NCBI GenBank assembly: GCA_965113315.1
Contig: OZ220368.1
Reading direction: 5' to 3' (one strand)
DNA length: 64,000 bases
Source of the DNA: Podarcis vaucheri
Lineage: Eukaryota
Position numbers and translations under genes: made by a program
Shown here: positions 1 through 11,700 of the stretch, in pieces
How the letters are laid out: every line of letters starts with the position of its first letter
Numbering within the stretch: position 1 is the stretch's first letter
The notes under the pieces: generated by a model
What the model saw: only the letters and a program-made list of their open reading frames with translations
What the model was told of the DNA's origin: nothing
Databases searched by the model: none

Positions 1-469
1 GGGAAGGACAATCTATATTATCAGGGAAGGATCGGTGACAGTCTGGGAATCATCTTATTTAGCCAAAATGTCGGCTTTCAGGAGAAATGATGTACTGCAA
101 TTCCTAAAATAAATATGGAGCAGGGTGATTTAATATAATGCTTAATAAAGCTATGTCTATAGATTTGCTGATTTTACTGTGTGCAGTAATGGAAACACTT
201 TTCTGCCCCGCCCCATTTTTTCTGTACGTATAAATGAAAATCTTTCTTAGTTTAATATTCATTGAAATATTATGTTTATGTATAAAAAATAAAATACCCA
301 TGTTCACACAGCTAACTGGAAGGGCACGGCCCCTTTGTGGTAGCCCTAATGGGCATTGCTATGAAAAATGTTATCTAACTGCTGCAGTCTGAAGCACATC
401 CATCTGTGACACTACTCGTGACCAACCCAAATAAGCAAAGTTATTCATGAAGTCTTTTTATAATCAGTC

Positions 470-800
470 ATTCTTTTCTGTGATGTTCCCAACCGCCTCA
501 CCTGTGGAATGCTCTTTTTAGGGAGATGCGCCTGCCACCATCTTTGTCAATTTTTAGGTGCAGCAAGCCAAGACCTTTGGTTAATTAATGTTGCCTCCTA
601 TGGTGGCGCCCATCTTTTAGTGGGGTGGGTAGGACTTGGTCCTTATTAATTTGTTGATGAATGTGCATTTTATATACTATATATTCTCGCTGTTTTAAAC
701 TTTTCTGGCTTTAAATGGTGTTGTAATTTAATTTGTCAAGTTGCTTTGAGACTTTTTATTGCATAAAGTGACTGATAAATGTTATTATTGTTATTAACAA
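470..800 (+). mobile_element. L2-type LINE 3' end fragment
   Basis: CTGTGGAATGCTCT...AGGGAGATGCGCCTG motif shared with the L2 end at about 41740; (TTA/TTG)n tail. Confidence 0.5.
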
Positions 801-2795
801 TACCAAAAGGATCCTCAGCAGCTTTCATTCTTAGATAAGCAAGAATGCTGTACCTTCACATCCACAGCAATCTTGGCTCTAGGGGCCTTTTTTCATCCAT
901 AAACCATTTTCTCCTTTTAAAGGGCTGGATGAAGAACATGCATGGGGAAGAAAACCAGCTGTGAAAAAGTTAGCAGTATCACATACTGCAGACAGGAAGG
1001 GAAAATCACCCCACAACCTCAGACTGGGAAGCAGAGTGGAAGAAGATGAGTCAATGACATGATGATGGGAACTGTATTTCGGGATATATGAATAGAATAT
1101 GATGGGACAGTCACAGGATGCAAATGTTCCACTTGCAAGGTCCAGGCAGAACTATCCTCCTGTGAGCCTGACAATGTGAAAAAAGACACAGACAGACACA
1201 GAGGTGGGAAGGAGCTGAGAAAGAAAGAGCAAGGCTGCAGAAGCAGAGCATCATGGGGCAGGATAGAGAACAAATGAGCCACAGAACTGGGGAAGAAAGG
1301 ATAGATTGGCTCCCATGGAGAATAACTAAAGAGAGAATGCAAGTAGGGTGACCCTTTGATCTATTTTTTAAAAATAGCGTTGACATTAGGAAGTGTTAGA
1401 CAACAAGGCAGTTCAACAGAGGGTGTGAAGTCCCTATCAGTAGACATTGTAGATATAATACACCACACCAAAAACAAGTCTGGTAGAATTAACCATGTAT
1501 GGGGAAGCAGAAGAAAGTGGGTCAGGAAACTGGAAACTCTATTCAATGGCTCAGAGCTCATCAGGGTCATATTCACATCCCCGTGAGCAGAAGCCTATCT
1601 GCTCATAGGTGTGCAGCCTGCTCCAAGCGACAGCTTTAAGCCCCAGGCACTGCCAACTCCAGACCCTTCACTCAGCAGCAGCAGACTCTGATCTCAGGAG
1701 CCGACAGCCTGCTGCCTTTCCCTGCACACGCAGGCTTTGAAAGCAACACTGGTGAGAGAGAGAGAGATAATGGGCATATACACCCAGGGAGAGCTACACT
1801 CTTCCTGACATTTAGGTAAGAACTAGGAGCAGAATCTATTAAAATTTGTATGCTGTGCAGGTTAATAGTCTATGCACAAGGGGAGAACGGGGCCCCATGA
1901 AGGCAAAGTGTTCTTTTGGAGCAACCCAGGTGAAGGTTGGAGAAGAGGGGAGTGTGGCATAGCATCCTTCCTTGCCAAGCGATGACACCAACACTGAGAG
2001 AGTTAGCATAAGATATAATCTGATGCCATTTTGTATTAACTGCACTTTGCAGTCTTCCTTACAAAAAGTGGTCAAACCCGGCAGTTACAAACCAAGATGT
2101 GGAATGGAAAATTTACCAGTGATTTATTTTGCTGTGGAATCCCCCCCCCCCCATTTTGTAAGTTGGATGCCAACTGCAAACACAGGCAAGCTTGCCGATG
2201 CCCAAGTTGTTTTGCTTTGCTTACAAAATATTAGAAAAATGAACATGGTAATTTGGGAGTGTAATAAAAGTTGCCAACACAAACTGAATTATCTACAGTG
2301 TAAATTAGCCTAATAGCATAAGAAAGTTTCCCAGAAAGGTATCTAATTCAAATTTTTTGGAAGATCCACACTACAGTACTGGTTACAAAATATCAAAAAG
2401 CATAGCTAAAGCCTTCCTCTCCAGAAAGCTACACAGCTACACAATAGATGCAGTTGATTAAAGGTGCTCCTGGAAACCCCCAAACCTGCCTGTCAAAAAA
2501 TAAGACAGGGTTTAAGGGTACTTCTAGACATGTAGCTAGTTTGATGCGGAGACTGTCACTTCTGTCTAATAGAGGTAGGGCTGCTACCAGTCCAGAACTA
2601 TCTACCAGAACTATCTTCATCTTGCCTAAATTCAAATCTAGCTTGTTTAACTATCCACTCCATCAAAATGTGTCAAGATTAACTAAAACCAAAATAGTAG
2701 TACCTGTTCATTTAGTTAACAACATATACAGCTTGGTGTTATGTCAATAATATCACTGCCCAAAGTTCCAGATTATATTCAGTTTATATATATAT

Positions 2796-2915
2796 CTCTG
2801 TTCCAGTAACAAGAAGCCGAAAGCACCAGCCTGAAGATGACGAGTGAGACCTCGTCGAAACGTCGCACAGACACCCCGACTCTTACACGGGAAGACACCC
2901 GAAGACACCAAAACC

Positions 2916-2918
<3 letters not shown>
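2796..2918 (+). mobile_element. Penelope-like retroelement (PLE) terminal fragment inserted in (TA)n
   Basis: CTGAAGATGACGAGTGAGACCTCGTCGAAACGTCG...CCCGAAGACACCAAAACCTGC resembles squamate Penelope termini; flanked by TA runs (2785-2795, 2919-2965). Confidence 0.75.
2829..2866 (+). ncRNA. Minimal type I hammerhead ribozyme motif (PLE-associated)
   Basis: CUGAAGA core, extra U, stem II GACGAG/CUCGUC with 6-nt loop, GAAA, palindromic ACGU stem III, GUC cleavage triplet; stem I only 2 bp. Confidence 0.65.

Positions 2919-2965
<47 letters not shown>
2919..2965. repeat. (AT)n microsatellite
   Basis: About 23 AT units. Confidence 0.95.
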
Positions 2966-2968
<3 letters not shown>

Positions 2969-3560
2969 GATACCACAAACATCAAATTATATTCGAATAT
3001 TCACCAAACATATAACCAAAGACACAACAAGGTGGTAGTGGAATATAATGGAAATATGGGGAAACAGTTGCGGGTTATATTAATATCTGATGGACATGAG
3101 ACAAAATTTGGAATTTGGTGGGAAAGACCACTAGATGCATTTATATAATTATAATTGCATATCACATACTTATAAATCTGCTAGTAATTTTTCTGGAATA
3201 TCCTAATGAAGATGTGAGATCAGAACATGGAAATTTATTTGAGTTTTATTAGCTGCTGCCAAAATATATATTTTGGAAGTGAAATGGTATATTCCAATCA
3301 TTTTAACAGAATGAGAATGGTTTGATAGAATTTGGTATCTTGCTACAGTAACGAAATTAAAGAGAAATAGTACAATTAAGCAAAAGTAGAGAAAGAAATG
3401 GGACAATTTGAGAACTTATGGTCCTCCTTTCTAATGTAGAAAATTAGATCAACTAGCATAAATTTAAGTTTTTTCTCTGGTTATAATAATTTATTGCATA
3501 AAATATAGTTATATTTTTATTATATTATACCAAAGCTATATTTTAATGCATACTGATTTA
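2966..3560 (+). mobile_element. Degraded L1/Tx1-clade LINE, ORF2 C-terminus (Zn-knuckle region) and AT-rich 3' end
   Basis: Broken frames read WKYGETVAGYINI*WT*D (cf. WKCxxxxGTxxHxWWTC) and LLAAAKIYILEVKWYIPIILTE*EWFDRIWYLA (cf. LxAARxxIxxKWK...EW). Confidence 0.6.
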
Positions 3561-6500
3561 CAAGTAAATTTTAAATCTGGCAAATATTAGCTCAAAATTC
3601 TCCTTACCAATGGCTTCATGGTAAGCAACATTAATTAAAACATCCTAGGGATGGTGGTCAACCTTGGCATATCCCACTGAGTGCAAAAACCCTACTAAAA
3701 AAAGAGGGGTTCTTGTAATCCATCCCAAGTCTTTACAACATGGTAGGAAAACATATCAGTAATTCTAGCTACCCTCGCGTACTACAACAGCATCATTCAG
3801 AAACAGTAGACAATGTGAACTGTGAAGTCAGCAATCAGGTATCTGAAGGCATCCCAACAATGGAGGAATAAAGGAATGGAAAGGCATAATAAGACAAAGC
3901 ACAGCTGAATGGTAGTTTACTGACACTGCTTGAAGGATCTTCTTTACATACTGCAGGAGAACCCAAGGGCCAAAATGAACCCTAAGGACACCTCTACTTT
4001 TCTTCACAAGAAAAGTGTGAAGCAAGCTGGCAAAAGAAGCTTCCTGTCCTTATGTGGATTTGTTCACTGCTTTCTCAGTGGATACTGGCTAGGACAATCC
4101 CTCTCTATATTGCAAATCAATTTGTACTATAAGCAGTAGAGAATACACTCAGTAGACTGGAGAGTCTCTTTCTATACTTTCAGAAGGGGAGAAAATTCCA
4201 TGGCACCCTGTGAGGCCTAACAGGAAGTGGACTAAAGATTGCCACCCAGAGGTCTGGTCTCTACTTTTCAGATCCACAATGATGATCTTGATATGTTACT
4301 TCCAATAGGACCAGCTCCAGATTTTTGTCTCTTGCTTGAAGTGTCACAATTAATGTTTTTTATCCTTGCGGTAGTAGTCATTCACTTTTCCCCTCCTTGA
4401 TTTCTATTACAAGCATATAACACATAGCAAGGATGGAATATGCAATTGCAAAGAAAGGAAGCAAACTACCACTTTCAGGCCCAATCCTATTTTGGAATGC
4501 GTTATTTCAGGATACAGGTAGCATTTTTTCAGAGTTCTTTTACCCAATGCAGTGCTGAAGCAATTGATGAAAATACACTACTTTCTGTAAAACTCCTAGA
4601 GGTACAGGAGCCCTCTTAAAATTTGGCCCAGATAGTATAAAAAGCGACACAAACCTATCCTACCTCTAAGTCCAAGACCAAATGGTTCATCATCCTGCCA
4701 GAAGACATGAGTGACACCCTTGTATGCAGTGCATTTAAAAAGTTTTAAAGCTACAATAATTCTTGGGGGAAATTAACTCCCCCACCCAGACAACCCAGAC
4801 AAAGTCCCAAAATTGTTAGTGGACACTATGGAAAACCAAGTTAAGTGTAGTTTATTACACAAAGTAGAGTTGGCACAACAACAAACTGACCAGTGAAGCC
4901 ATGATTCTGCTGATGCTTTGAAAATTGGCCTGTACAACTGATCTTATTAATCGTTTAACAATGATTAAAAAATAAAAATGTCACAGTGTTTCGAGCATAA
5001 AACCTAGAGAGAATAATTTTTCAGTAAATCCTTCACATTAAAGATTGTGATCCTAAGGGTTAAGATCCAAAACCTTTAAGACTCTTCAAAGTTATTAATC
5101 ATTCAATCACATCTGAGAAGTTAAGTCACTGTTTTGCAACAACAGTTGCCCAAAGCTACCACAAAAAAGAAGAGACAGCACAGTGAATAAACCTCCATTC
5201 ATCACACTGCTTCTTCGCTATAGTAGCAAGGTCAAATGACAGGCTACCCCCCCCCCAAGTACGGTTACATACATCATTTATTCACTCAAGTTGTGCTCTG
5301 CTCTGCTTCCTCTCCAATGAGTTTAGTCATGAGGCAGAACACTGAAGTACTGTTGTAGGAAAGAGATCTTCACTGTCCCTTCCAGATATATATTGGGATG
5401 GGGTAAGGTATTTCTACCTCTGTAGCCCATCTATAGGTCAAATAGCTTCTCACATTATGGGACAGATATTTTAGGACTTGGAGCACATTCCTTCCTGCCC
5501 ACAGTCCCCAGCCACTCGTCTGACAAACCCTAGCTCAGGTGAATGAATGTCCCAAAGTAATAACAGAATCATGCTTGGGCAGGGTCCACAGAAGCCAAGA
5601 CAGGCCGATACTAAGAGACCCACCATGAGGCATCTATGCTCGCATCCTACTGAAAGGAAAGGAAAATGTTAACTTCCTCCCTGGTACAGCTTTAGTAATC
5701 ATGGCTAGAAAAGGAGAAGTTCTGTTCTTCCCATCCATGCTGATCTGAAAGAGGAACTAAGAGTCACACTTACCACTGGAAAAGTAGCAAAAAGAGGAGG
5801 GGGCAGAAGAACCCTAGCTGCAAATAAGATATAAGGAAGAAGGAGAAAAGGAAATGGAGTACTGTTTGAGTAGAGTGGTATACGTGAGCAGACTGCTTAG
5901 ACCCAACAGGAACCAGTAAGAAACTCTCTGCTTCTAAGCAAGGTCTGTGTCCAATAGGTAAAATGACCTTAAAGGAACTGAGTTTGAATCAGAAGGTCAG
6001 AGCTTAGTTTCCTGTTTGTCATTCCTCAACCCTGACTGGGGAAGTCTTAACCAAATCAGCTGGGCTAATCCAGTTGAAACCACCAACAGCTCCCAGAGAG
6101 TTGGGACAGGACTGTTGTAGGACAACTGCTCCAAAGCTTGTTGACAAAACAAACCCGAGGGGGCGGGGAGAGTCCACTGTGCACCTTTTGCATGGTTCAT
6201 CACATTTCCCCCAACAGTGTTAACGCTTTTTTGGTTCCCAATAAATTGCAACCACACAACACAAGAACAAATATGTCATTCAACTCATGATGGAGGACTT
6301 TCAAAATTGTTCCTTGTTTAGAATAAGGACACAGCATACCTGCATGGGCTCACCAAGGACAAATTATCACCTGAACAAATGTAGAGACTACCAAAAAATG
6401 CAAAGATCTCTCCAGCAAGAATGAATCCAGGCTATTGGTGAGCCAAGTCTCCTTCATAGATCTGCACATGCAGAACTTCTTACCAATGCTAGGATGATTA

Positions 6501-7479
6501 ACATCGAAACCATGATGAACAATGAAACCAATGTTTGGTGGTGAAGGAAAAGATATATATCAACATTAAGACCCAGTAATCCTGTCAATGTATAAACAGT
6601 TACTTAGCTAGTCAGGAGTTCATTAAAGTGCAATTGCTTTGATACCAAAGATAACCAAGGGACAGCAGCTTCAGACTCTGCCACAGGTCCCCTGGTTGCA
6701 AGGCTACACACTCTAGCCCTTGCTCAAATTTCACCACACAAGAAAAAGAAACGACACTGCACTTTTAGAAAGTTCCTCCAAATACACTTCTTTTGATCTA
6801 CTTTCAGACATCAAAATGCCATTGGTGTGCACAGCATCAAAATTCACAACTAGCACTGAGCAGCCATTAAGAAAGCCTTTCCCCACCCCTCGCCTTTTCG
6901 CTGCTTTCACAGATGAGGAAGCAAAGTGAGCACCACAGAGCCCAATATGGTGGAAATCTGGAGTCGTCTCTTAAACTATTTTTATTTTTGAGACCAAGGA
7001 TGTGGAGAACGACAAGAAGTGGGCCTGCCGTGGGAAACCCACATGAGAGGGCCCCTCCGGAAACCTTCCCAATGAGAAGGTCATGGACAAGGAGAACCAA
7101 GTACAGTATCTTCCAGACCACCTCCTGAAGACAAAACGGCTCTCCCCGCGCAAGCAGGAGGATGCGAGCCTCCCCTCTGCAGGGATGTCGCCTCGCCCCC
7201 CAGCCCCGAGAACAGCCTGACGGGCCAACTAGGGTAGGGCAAGGCAGCACCGCGGATCAAGAAGCACTTAAAAACATTCGCTAAGCCTGGAGGGCGGCAT
7301 CCCACCCCAGCGCCCCAGGTGGGCTCCCTCGCGCCCTGCGCCCCCCGCCCGCCCGCCCACGACAAGCCATTTCCTTTGCGTATAACCGCACACAGCCCCG
7401 GCGAAGGGAGGGGAGGACTTCGGCAAAGCTGCGTCGGCCCTCGCAGCGGCGCTCCCAGCTCCCCGTTCAAAGCACTAAC

Positions 7480-7546
7480 CGATGCCGGTGATGGTGGCGG
7501 CCGCGGTCAGCCCCAGCCCCGAATACAGCAGCGCGAGCCCGGACAT
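7480..7546 (-). CDS. ATP6V0B: V-type proton ATPase 21 kDa proteolipid subunit c'' - coding exon 1 only (rest of gene left of window)
   Basis: gccgccATG start; translates MSGLALLYSGLGLTAAATITGI+G, matching the vertebrate ATP6V0B N-terminus (MTGLALLYSG...); 67 nt, phase-1 GTTAGT donor; in a CpG island; syntenic with DPH2/IPO13. Exon 2 (CYTIFDLGFRFDVAW) not found in 1-7479. Confidence 0.9.
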
Positions 7547-7879
7547 GGCGGCGGCGGCGGCGGCGAGTCCTCAGAACGGACTGAACACGACCGGGAATCA
7601 CCTGACCCACAGAATGACGGGAACCACGCTCCACGTGACCAGGCCAAGTTTATCTGACGCCTCTCGCCGGCTGGGATGATTGGTCGGATCGGAAGAGAGC
7701 GAAACTCCAGCCCCCACAATGCACCGCGCTGATAGGCTTCCCGTTTATTCTACTTTTCCGAGGGCCTTGCTGTGTCGGGATCATTTATTGGCTGCAAAGC
7801 TCCCTGCTAATGACGTAGGAGAGAGAAAGAGAAGCGTAGCGGTAGAAAAAAGACGCGTTCCGATAGGGAAAGGAGCGCG

Positions 7880-7957
7880 GCGTTCTCATTGGGTGCCTTT
7901 AATCCCACCCAGGAAGTGTATTGGTGGCCATGTGGTGGATGTTGGGGGTTCCTCTAG
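7880..7957 (+). other. DPH2: Probable non-coding first exon of DPH2 (start approximate)
   Basis: Consensus donor AG|GTGAGT at 7957/7958 at the edge of the CpG island; the ATG-bearing exon has its own acceptor at 8621. Confidence 0.6.
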
Positions 7958-8044
7958 GTGAGTAGAGTGACTGTAATGGGGCGCAGTAGTTGATGTTTCT
8001 TATGTCGGGCGGGCGCGCGGGCGGGGGGATGCATTTGTTTTGTG

Positions 8045-8332
8045 TGCAAAGGGGTTCCAGATTAAATTCCTGGCATTTCCAGGTAAGGTTGAGAAATGCT
8101 TCTGCCCGAAATGCCAGTCAGTCTTCTTGACAACATAGAACTAGAGCAGGCAAAGGCAAACTCGGCCCTCCAGATTTTTGGGACTACAACCACCACCATC
8201 CCTAGCTAACAGGACCAGTGGTCAGGGATGATGGGAATTGTAGTCTCAAAACTTCTGGAGGGCAGAGTTTGCCTATGCCTGAACTAGAGAGACGGGTGGT
8301 CTGTCTTTGTGTAAGGAGCCTTCCTGAGTTCT
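8045..8332 (+). mobile_element. tRNA-derived SINE (Squam3-like, CR1 tail) split by a hAT MITE
   Basis: Colinear with the intact copy at 22405-22595 on both sides of the MITE. Confidence 0.55.
8147..8281. mobile_element. hAT MITE (near-palindromic, about 135 bp)
   Basis: TIRs CAGGCA.AGGCAAACTC.GCCCTCCAG; perfect 8-bp TSD AACTAGAG (8139-8146, 8282-8289). Confidence 0.9.
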
Positions 8333-8426
8333 GCTGTTTCCCAGGCCGCTTCAGTGCCATTTTCTTGTCTCTCTCCTATTTCAGTGCATGTTTCTGAACG
8401 AAGGAGGCATTCTAATCAGTGTTAGT

Positions 8427-8468
8427 GATTAGAAGCATGGATACATGGATTAGAAGCATGGATACATG
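8427..8468. repeat. 21-bp perfect tandem duplication
   Basis: GATTAGAAGCATGGATACATG x2. Confidence 0.9.
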
Positions 8469-8638
8469 GATACAAGCTATGTCGGTTCCCTACTGATTCA
8501 TACAGAATCTGATCCTGTAAATGTGACCTTGGAGAACTGAAGCTCAGGACCATTCTCATCCAGCATCTTGCTAGTAGTGGGATATTGCAATGCGGACGGG
8601 CATCACTTTGTATTTTTGTAGTTTGGATATAGGCCACC

Positions 8639-8791
8639 ATGGCAACAGCATTCAGCAGTGATGGTGCTGAGGTTATGCAGCGGACCGTGATTCCTGCAGA
8701 AGCAAGTGGATGTCCCCCAACCACCAGGCTGGAAGAGTTCTATGAACTGGAGAGAGCAGCTGCATTTGTATCTGATAATGGCTTCACTAAG
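8639..8791 (+). CDS. DPH2: DPH2 coding exon 1 ([12 protein letters not shown]...[18 protein letters not shown])
   Basis: Kozak ATG; donor AAG|GTGAGA; preceded by acceptor tttttgtag (8621). Confidence 0.93.
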
Positions 8792-11700
8792 GTGAGACAG
8801 TAGTTTGCCCTTCGCCAGAAAGCTACAGGCATGAATGTCAGTTCTTCCCCTAGAGTTAGTGGACATCCCCGCCCCAAATAATCAAGTATTGGGGCACTAA
8901 ATATGGGGGACTTTAAAAAGGTTTTGTTTACCAAGTATGTCAAACAAATAAATATGTAGAAACAGCTCACACACTACAGTATTTAAGGTTGAGATGTGGA
9001 ATCCTCCCCCAAGGGCCACATCTCCCAGGGGGAACATGCCAGCGATGGGAGAGCTGAGGCTGCCCAAGGCACATCTCTTCTCCCCCCCCCACCTTTTCCT
9101 TTTCACCAGTGATGTGAGGCGCTTTTTGGTGCTTTATTTTTCCACAAGGAAAAAATATGTTTCATAAGGTCATGAGCAACAATGAATGGATGCCAGCTGC
9201 AAATACAGCATTAGGCAAACTTGGCAGTTTCAAGTTTTTAGCTCTTGTTTGCTAAATACAAGTAAAATAAAAAAAACAAATTAGACCATTCTCCAAGGCA
9301 GGTATTCTTCAACCTTTTCAGACCCAGGACCCACTTTTAACCCCAACATACTATGGAAACCCATTTCTTAATCTTTTATCATATATTTGCATGGTGGTAA
9401 TGCTCCTGTTGTGACCCATCTTTGATCAGGCCGTGACCCAGCAGTGGGTCCAAGTCCACCTGTTGAAGGCCAGTGTTCTAGGGCATCACATATTGCCCTG
9501 TTCACACTATCCTAATTTTCAAAGGATTTTTTTCCAGTTCAGAATTGACTGGCAAACCCACATCACTGCTTACACATGTATGTCCATCCATTCTATTCTC
9601 TCTCCCCACCCATTCTTCCTCCTTTTTTTTGCTTTTCTCTTTGCCCTTCCCTGCTGCAATTAAGCTTAGAGGAAATTCATTTCACTCAGTATGCAGGTTT
9701 TTGAGGGAGTCACAGTGCAGATGGAGGAGTAAATTAACCCTCTCCCCAGTGCTGCCACCCTCACCCTTCAAACCCCTCCCCTCATGGCAATTAGACTTAC
9801 AAGAAAAAATCCTGTCCATGTGGATGGGACCTTTTCCTTCAAAACCTAATTCCCCAGGAAACCCACAGTACTGCTAGCTGTGTACAGTGGACATGTCCTG
9901 AATAATTATCTTGGGTTTGTTTTGTAGGTTGCTCTTCAGTTTCCCGATGAACTCTTGCCAGATTCAGCAAGCATTGCTAGGAAGATGGAAGCAGCAACTG
10001 GCGCCAAAATGTACATTCTGGGGGACACATCATACGGCAGGTGAGGTCACAGCAGGAACCTCCTTCCGCATAAACACACGATAGAAGCTCAGGCCATAGT
10101 CCTATAGACACTTGGGAGTAAGCCTCATTGAAAACATGGAACTTAGTGCTAAGAACATGCATAGGACTATAGTGCAGGCTTGCATTTTCAAGGGGTTCTA
10201 CAGTAATATGTCAGCCTCTGGATGTTCAGCAGTCTCTTGACTGCCTCTGCTGGGGTGGGGGGACTATTTATGACAAGAGAGTAGGACTTTGGGATCATTA
10301 GTTGCTCCCCAGTTCCTGCATCTTGGGTGTTGGTAACAGAGTATTTTTATCATCTGCTGTCAGGCCTGGGGCTGCTTGCATGCTGAGTGAGCTGGTGACA
10401 GGGGAAATCCAGTCTCTACAATGGCAACCCATTTACTACAAAGGAAGCATTTTTGTGTGTGCTAGAGGTGGTAGGTGTTTTGAGGAAAGCTGCCCTCTAT
10501 AGCTAATGCTGTTGCTTTTCTTTAGCTGTTGCGTGGATGAAGTGGCAGCAGAGCACGTGGGCACTGAGGCTGTGGTGCACTACGGGCCTGCCTGCTTGAG
10601 TCCCTGCCGCAAGCTGCCCGTGCTCCATGTGTTTGGCCGCAAACAACTAGAGGTGGCGCGCTGCACAGAAGTCTTCCGGGAGTTGTATCCAGACCCCCTA
10701 GCTCATGTGGTTGTGCTGAATGAAGTGGCCTATTTTCATTCTCTAGGTGAGACCATGGGGATCACAATGTTGGAAGTGGGTGGTATTCAAAAGATACATC
10801 AGGCCAGGATGGGAAAAAGCTACAGTGGGCATCCTCTAACCGCAAACAGTGCTCTCCTTGCCAGTCCTGCCCTTTATGTCTTATCTGCCTTCCAATGTTA
10901 CTCAGTCCCAGCTTTTAACCCTCTCTACTATCCTCAGGGCTGGATTAATCAGGAAATGCCTATTTCTCTCTGTGCTCCCCACCTCATTTGCCACTAGGAT
11001 ACTAGTTTGCAGTTTCCTCAACAATAACATTATTCAGAGCAAAGCTAATAGACCTGCATGCTAATGTTCAAAGGCAAAACCACATAAATTAATCAGTTCA
11101 GTTTACTCCTTTGTAGTTTGAATGAACTAGGAATGTGGTCAGTTAATGCACAGATACCTGCCAAAGAGGCTTTTATAAGTTCTATGATTCTATGAAAATG
11201 AGAAAAGTCAAAACAGTACTCCTGTCAATGTTCCAATTTATATTTCTGATTTGGCGGCTGTAGGGGGTTGTTCTCTTTTAAAGGACCACAGAAGTAATAT
11301 TTCCTTGTAATATTAGCTTTCAGTTAACTCCCCTCTGTTTACATCCTTTAGATCAGGGATGGGGAACCTATTGCTCTCCAGATGTTGTTGGACTAGAACT
11401 CTCATGATCCCTGACCACTGGCTATGCTGCATGAGGCTGATAGGAGTTCGCCATCACAGCTTTAAACCTAGTGTCTAGCAAAAGGGCCCTTCCCTGTCCA
11501 TGGAAGAGGCCTGCTGAGTATTTGGAACAGTGAGATGTGACAGTTATTGTCTCTAAATTGAATGACTTTTCATTTCTCTTCCCCTCAGATAACCTGGCCT
11601 CTCAGCTGCACCCCATTTATCCCAATGTAGTTTTCTCTCAACTGGATAACAAGGAACTTCAGCCAGTTCCCGGGCTGGTGCAGAAATTTGGGCGGCACTT

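Larger units (their letters stand above)
7150..8030. promoter_or_regulatory. CpG island / bidirectional promoter ATP6V0B(-) and DPH2(+)
   Basis: CpG-dense; CLEAR-like E-boxes TCACCTGAC (7598-7606) and CCACGTGACC (7631-7640); four ATTGG (CCAAT) boxes at about 7679, 7786, 7888, 7920; TGACGT (about 7811); ETS-like GGAAGTG (about 7912). Confidence 0.85.

Noticed and set aside
1584-1605. Small hairpin TGAGCAGA-agccta-TCTGCTCA
   Set aside because: An 8-bp stem is expected by chance in 64 kb; no RNA family features.
2779-3148. ORFs with (IY)n peptides
   Set aside because: Artefact of translating the (AT)n microsatellite.
6867-7961. Cluster of 65-130 aa ORFs around the ATP6V0B start
   Set aside because: Stop-poor GC-rich CpG island; only the 67-nt ATP6V0B exon has homology and splice support.
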